Assembly (NCBI GenBank): GCA_964595645.1
Contig: CAZQQT010000006.1
Location: 97,115 to 161,114, forward strand
Length of the DNA: 64,000 nucleotides
Source of the DNA: an uncultured Thermococci archaeon
GTDB lineage: Archaea; Methanobacteriota_B; Thermococci; Methanofastidiosales; B48-G16
Direction of reading: 5' to 3'
Made by a program: the position numbers and the translations under genes. The notes below the pieces were generated by a model. That model saw only the letters and a program-made list of their open reading frames with translations, searched no databases and was not told the DNA's origin. The first letter of the stretch is position 1; every line of letters begins with the position of its first letter. Below are positions 60,900-64,000 of the stretch, in pieces.

Positions 60900-62036
60900 T
60901 TACGACTTTAATGTCATTATCACTTCTTCCAAGTTCATGAGCATCTTACGAATGTCGTCGAAGGGAATATAGCCCATATTTCCAATCCTAAAGGTTGTAT
61001 CCTTCACTGCACCGTAGCCCTTTGCCAGCTCGAACTGTCGTTCGCGCATCGCTTCATAGACCTGTGTCCCGTTTACGCCGTTGGGGACGCAGACTGCAGA
61101 GATAGTCGGACTCTCGTACCCATCCTCTGCGAGCACATCGAGTCCTATCCTGTTGACACCGTCACGTATCATCGCAGATCGTTTTTTATACATGTCGAGC
61201 CACTCTTTTTTACCACCCATCTCCTCTATAACTCTCAAAATAACGTTCAATCCAAAAACCTGGGGCATTGGGGGCGTTGAGGGTGTACCTTTTTTCTTCT
61301 CCTGGTATTTCACGTACTTCGACACGTCAAAGTACCATCCCTTTTCCTCTTTATTCTCTGCAACCTCAAGGAACTCGTCGCTGAAGGCTCCCACGGCAAC
61401 ACCAGGAGGAACACCGAAGGCCTTCTGCGAGCTTGCAAACACGACATCGATTCCCCACTCAGTAGCCTTGATATCTGCACCTCCCATGGCGCTCACCGCA
61501 TCAACAAATACAAGTGCATCGTGATCCTTCGCAACTTTTGCAAGTTCCGGGAGAGGATTCAACACACCGGTGGAGGTCTCATTGTAGGTAATGGTTACTG
61601 CCTCGACATCTGGATTCTTCTCCAGCGCCTTATCGAGATCCTTCGGTTTTACTGCCTTTCCAAACTCGTACTCCAGCGGCACAAGATTCCGTCCATTGGA
61701 TTCTACTACCTGCTTGAACCTGTTACCGAAGGCTCCAATCATCGTCACCAGTACATCTCCCCCTGTTGAGACTCCGCTGCGTACACTCGCCTCCATTAAT
61801 CCTGTTCCGGAGTTAGGAAAGATGAGCACTTCCCCGTCTTTCACCTCTAAAAAAGTTTTGAGTCGATCAACGGTATCCATATGGATAGTTTTGTACTCGG
61901 CGGAACGGTGACTAAACATCTGTACATTCATTATCTCAAGCACTTCAGGAAAACATGCGACAGGGCCTGCTGTGAAAAGCTTATATTTTGGCTTCACAAT
62001 TTCATAAACCGAAGTATATGCGTGTTCATACTCCAT
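60900..62036 (-). CDS. Serine-pyruvate / alanine-glyoxylate aminotransferase (class V)
   Basis: FTAGPV, SHRS, SGTG.ME, NETSTGV, VDAVS, SSQKAFG.PPG, FRIGNMG. Confidence 0.93.
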   Translation of the reverse strand: MEYEHAYTSVYEIVKPKYKLFTAGPVACFPEVLEIMNVQMFSHRSAEYKTIHMDTVDRLKTFLEVKDGEVLIFPNSGTGLMEASVRSGVSTGGDVLVTMIGAFGNRFKQVVESNGRNLVPLEYEFGKAVKPKDLDKALEKNPDVEAVTITYNETSTGVLNPLPELAKVAKDHDALVFVDAVSAMGGADIKATEWGIDVVFASSQKAFGVPPGVAVGAFSDEFLEVAENKEEKGWYFDVSKYVKYQEKKKGTPSTPPMPQVFGLNVILRVIEEMGGKKEWLDMYKKRSAMIRDGVNRIGLDVLAEDGYESPTISAVCVPNGVNGTQVYEAMRERQFELAKGYGAVKDTTFRIGNMGYIPFDDIRKMLMNLEEVIMTLKS

Positions 62037-62221
62037 TGTGGCACCTCATCGAACAATTGGATCGCGGGTATATAAATCTATTCTCGTGTACTACCACTGG
62101 GAGTAAGAGTTGTTTGCGAACTCCCTGGGAGAAAAAGTGATTGCTCGTTGATACCATGAGTATGTTATCTGCCCATGCCCTTGTAGTCAAATGAACAGAT
62201 CTGAAAGCCAAAAAAGTACTT

Positions 62222-63628
62222 ATGCAGATAAAAAGAGATCTGTATATGAAATTCATTAAAAACTGGGAACCACTGACAGAAAATTCCACTACTCTACGAA
62301 AGGATATGCTTGAAATCCTGGATACGACACTCCAGAAAGTTACAGTGGAAAAGAGAATCAATCACACAGTAAAAATAAACGAGGAGTCAATAAAATTCGA
62401 CAAAGTAGAAGTTCCGTTATCAACCATTAACAATATCTACGTAGTCGGCACCGGAAAGGCAACGTACATGATGGCATGTGCCTTATATGAACCAATGGGC
62501 GGCTCCATTAAAGAAGGATGCATCGTTGTGAAAAATGCTCCTTCGAAGAAAATTGGCCCCATTACCGTGATAGAAGGAGGTCATCCAATTCCAAACAAAA
62601 AGGGGATAGATGGCACAGAGCGAATCGTGTCACTTGTAGAATGTATCGATGAACATGATCTTCTCATTGTACTCATCTCTGGTGGAGGATCGGCGCTCAT
62701 GTGCTTGCCCCTGGAGGGAATATCTCTGGAAAATATACAGAAAATGAATAATCTCCTTCTTGCATCCGATGCTTCAATAGGAGAGATAAATGTACTACGA
62801 AAACATCTTTCGCAGGTGAAAGGCGGCAAGCTCTCCAGAATCGCGTATCCGTCCCGGGTCATCTCGTTGATAGTCTCGGACGTCGTGGGGGATGATCTCT
62901 CAACTATCGCATCCGGTCCTACCACAGGTGACAGTTCAACATTTGCAGATGCAATGAATATCATAGAAAAATACCATCTTCGGGAAAAGATGCCATCAAC
63001 GATTATAGAAACGATAGAAAAAGGAATCAATGGTACTCTCGAAGAAACCGTGAAACCTCGAAGTAAAAGATTATCTACCACGAAGAATATATGTGTCCTC
63101 AACAATTTCTATGCGTTGAGTGTAGCGAAGAACGAAGCAGAGAGAAGAGGATATCGCTCTCTCATTCTTTCCTCTCATATTGCAGGAGATGCAAGGGAGT
63201 GCGGCCGCTTTCATAGCAGTATCGCACAAGAGATTCTCGTATCGTATATGCCTGTACCATCACCGGCGGTAGTGCTTTCCGGCGGTGAGACCACCGTATC
63301 GATAGATGACTTCGGGAACACAGAGGGGGGTCCCAACCAGGAATGTGTGTGCGGATTTATGAGTGCGATGGACACCACAAAGGATGTGGTGTTCCTTTCG
63401 ATCGATTCGGACGGTATCGACGGGAACTCTGAATTTGCGGGGGCAATCACTGGCGGAAGAAAAAACGTTCTAAAAAGAGAAGAAGTAGAAAATGCACTGC
63501 GAGAACACAGAACATCAGTATTGTTCAGTAAAATAAAGGGTGGGATCCGCACAGGAGAGACAGAGAACAATATCAACGATATCCGAATTCTGGGGATCTC
63601 ACCCCGTATGTCCCATAAGATCCATTAA
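62222..63628 (+). CDS. Glycerate 2-kinase (MOFRL family)
   Basis: GTGKA, GGHP.P, ISGGGSAL, RKHLS.VKGG, SDVVGD, IASGPT, GGETTV, DSDGIDG. Confidence 0.92.
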   Translation: MQIKRDLYMKFIKNWEPLTENSTTLRKDMLEILDTTLQKVTVEKRINHTVKINEESIKFDKVEVPLSTINNIYVVGTGKATYMMACALYEPMGGSIKEGCIVVKNAPSKKIGPITVIEGGHPIPNKKGIDGTERIVSLVECIDEHDLLIVLISGGGSALMCLPLEGISLENIQKMNNLLLASDASIGEINVLRKHLSQVKGGKLSRIAYPSRVISLIVSDVVGDDLSTIASGPTTGDSSTFADAMNIIEKYHLREKMPSTIIETIEKGINGTLEETVKPRSKRLSTTKNICVLNNFYALSVAKNEAERRGYRSLILSSHIAGDARECGRFHSSIAQEILVSYMPVPSPAVVLSGGETTVSIDDFGNTEGGPNQECVCGFMSAMDTTKDVVFLSIDSDGIDGNSEFAGAITGGRKNVLKREEVENALREHRTSVLFSKIKGGIRTGETENNINDIRILGISPRMSHKIH

Positions 63629-63945
63629 GCACTAAAAAGAAATTTGAAAAGATCATATTCGATGAATCCAATAAATTACGGGGGGTAGTTCTATTTTGAA
63701 AAGGGTCTTTTTGTGTGAATAAAATTTTATGAGGGTGTACTGAGAACCTAGAGAGCCTTTGGAGGATAGTGAAATCAAAAAAAATTTGTTTAATAAGAAG
63801 AGAAGGGATCTTCGTTTAAAAAATTCGAAATTAGGAGAAAATTGTTTATGCAAACTTTTTTGTTAATAAAAACTTTATATTCTTTTAATGTGTTAAAAAA
63901 ATTTTATATACACTCTTCTTTTGAGATATCGTAGGTGAAATAATA

Positions 63946-64000
63946 ATGGCATCGAGAACAGAGAAATTTGGAAAAATTTTGAAGGATCTGCAGACCTCCA
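63946..64000 (+). CDS. Start of a CDS truncated by the window edge (possibly roadblock/LC7-like)
   Basis: AGGTGA RBS, then MASRTEKFGKILKDLQTS... Confidence 0.5.
   Translation, partial: MASRTEKFGKILKDLQTS

Overview
Archaeal chromosomal DNA. Evidence: Alba, group II chaperonin, archaeal PheS/PheT and AspRS, deoxyhypusine synthase, a box C/D guide RNA, BRE/TATA promoters and AGGTGA/GGAGG ribosome-binding sites. Gene content suggests an anaerobic euryarchaeon, possibly near Thermococci/Methanofastidiosa/Theionarchaea (inference only). The window is gene-dense and mostly housekeeping or metabolic: CopA, a TGT paralogue, Mre11/Rad50, GTP-PEPCK, an SF1 helicase, a bacterial-type folP-folB-folK operon, a DUF134/Mrp/NifX/ferredoxin-ATPase cluster, thermosome, a NikR-linked metal ABC transporter, tRNA-Pro(CGG) and tRNA-Gly(GCC). 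No transposase, integrase or CRISPR array was seen. The best candidate for an undescribed system is the two-component operon at 34324-37003. It pairs a Cache/HAMP sensor histidine kinase with a response regulator whose output is a Swt1-like HEPN domain with an intact R-x4-H motif, suggesting a phosphorylation-switched RNase. Other notable items: a very divergent phosphoglycerate-kinase homologue, an orphan LysW-like protein next to an 18-aa Lys-rich ORF, small ORFs missed by the track, several palindromic operator candidates and a cluster of three frameshifts. All family assignments come from motif recognition by eye, not database searches.
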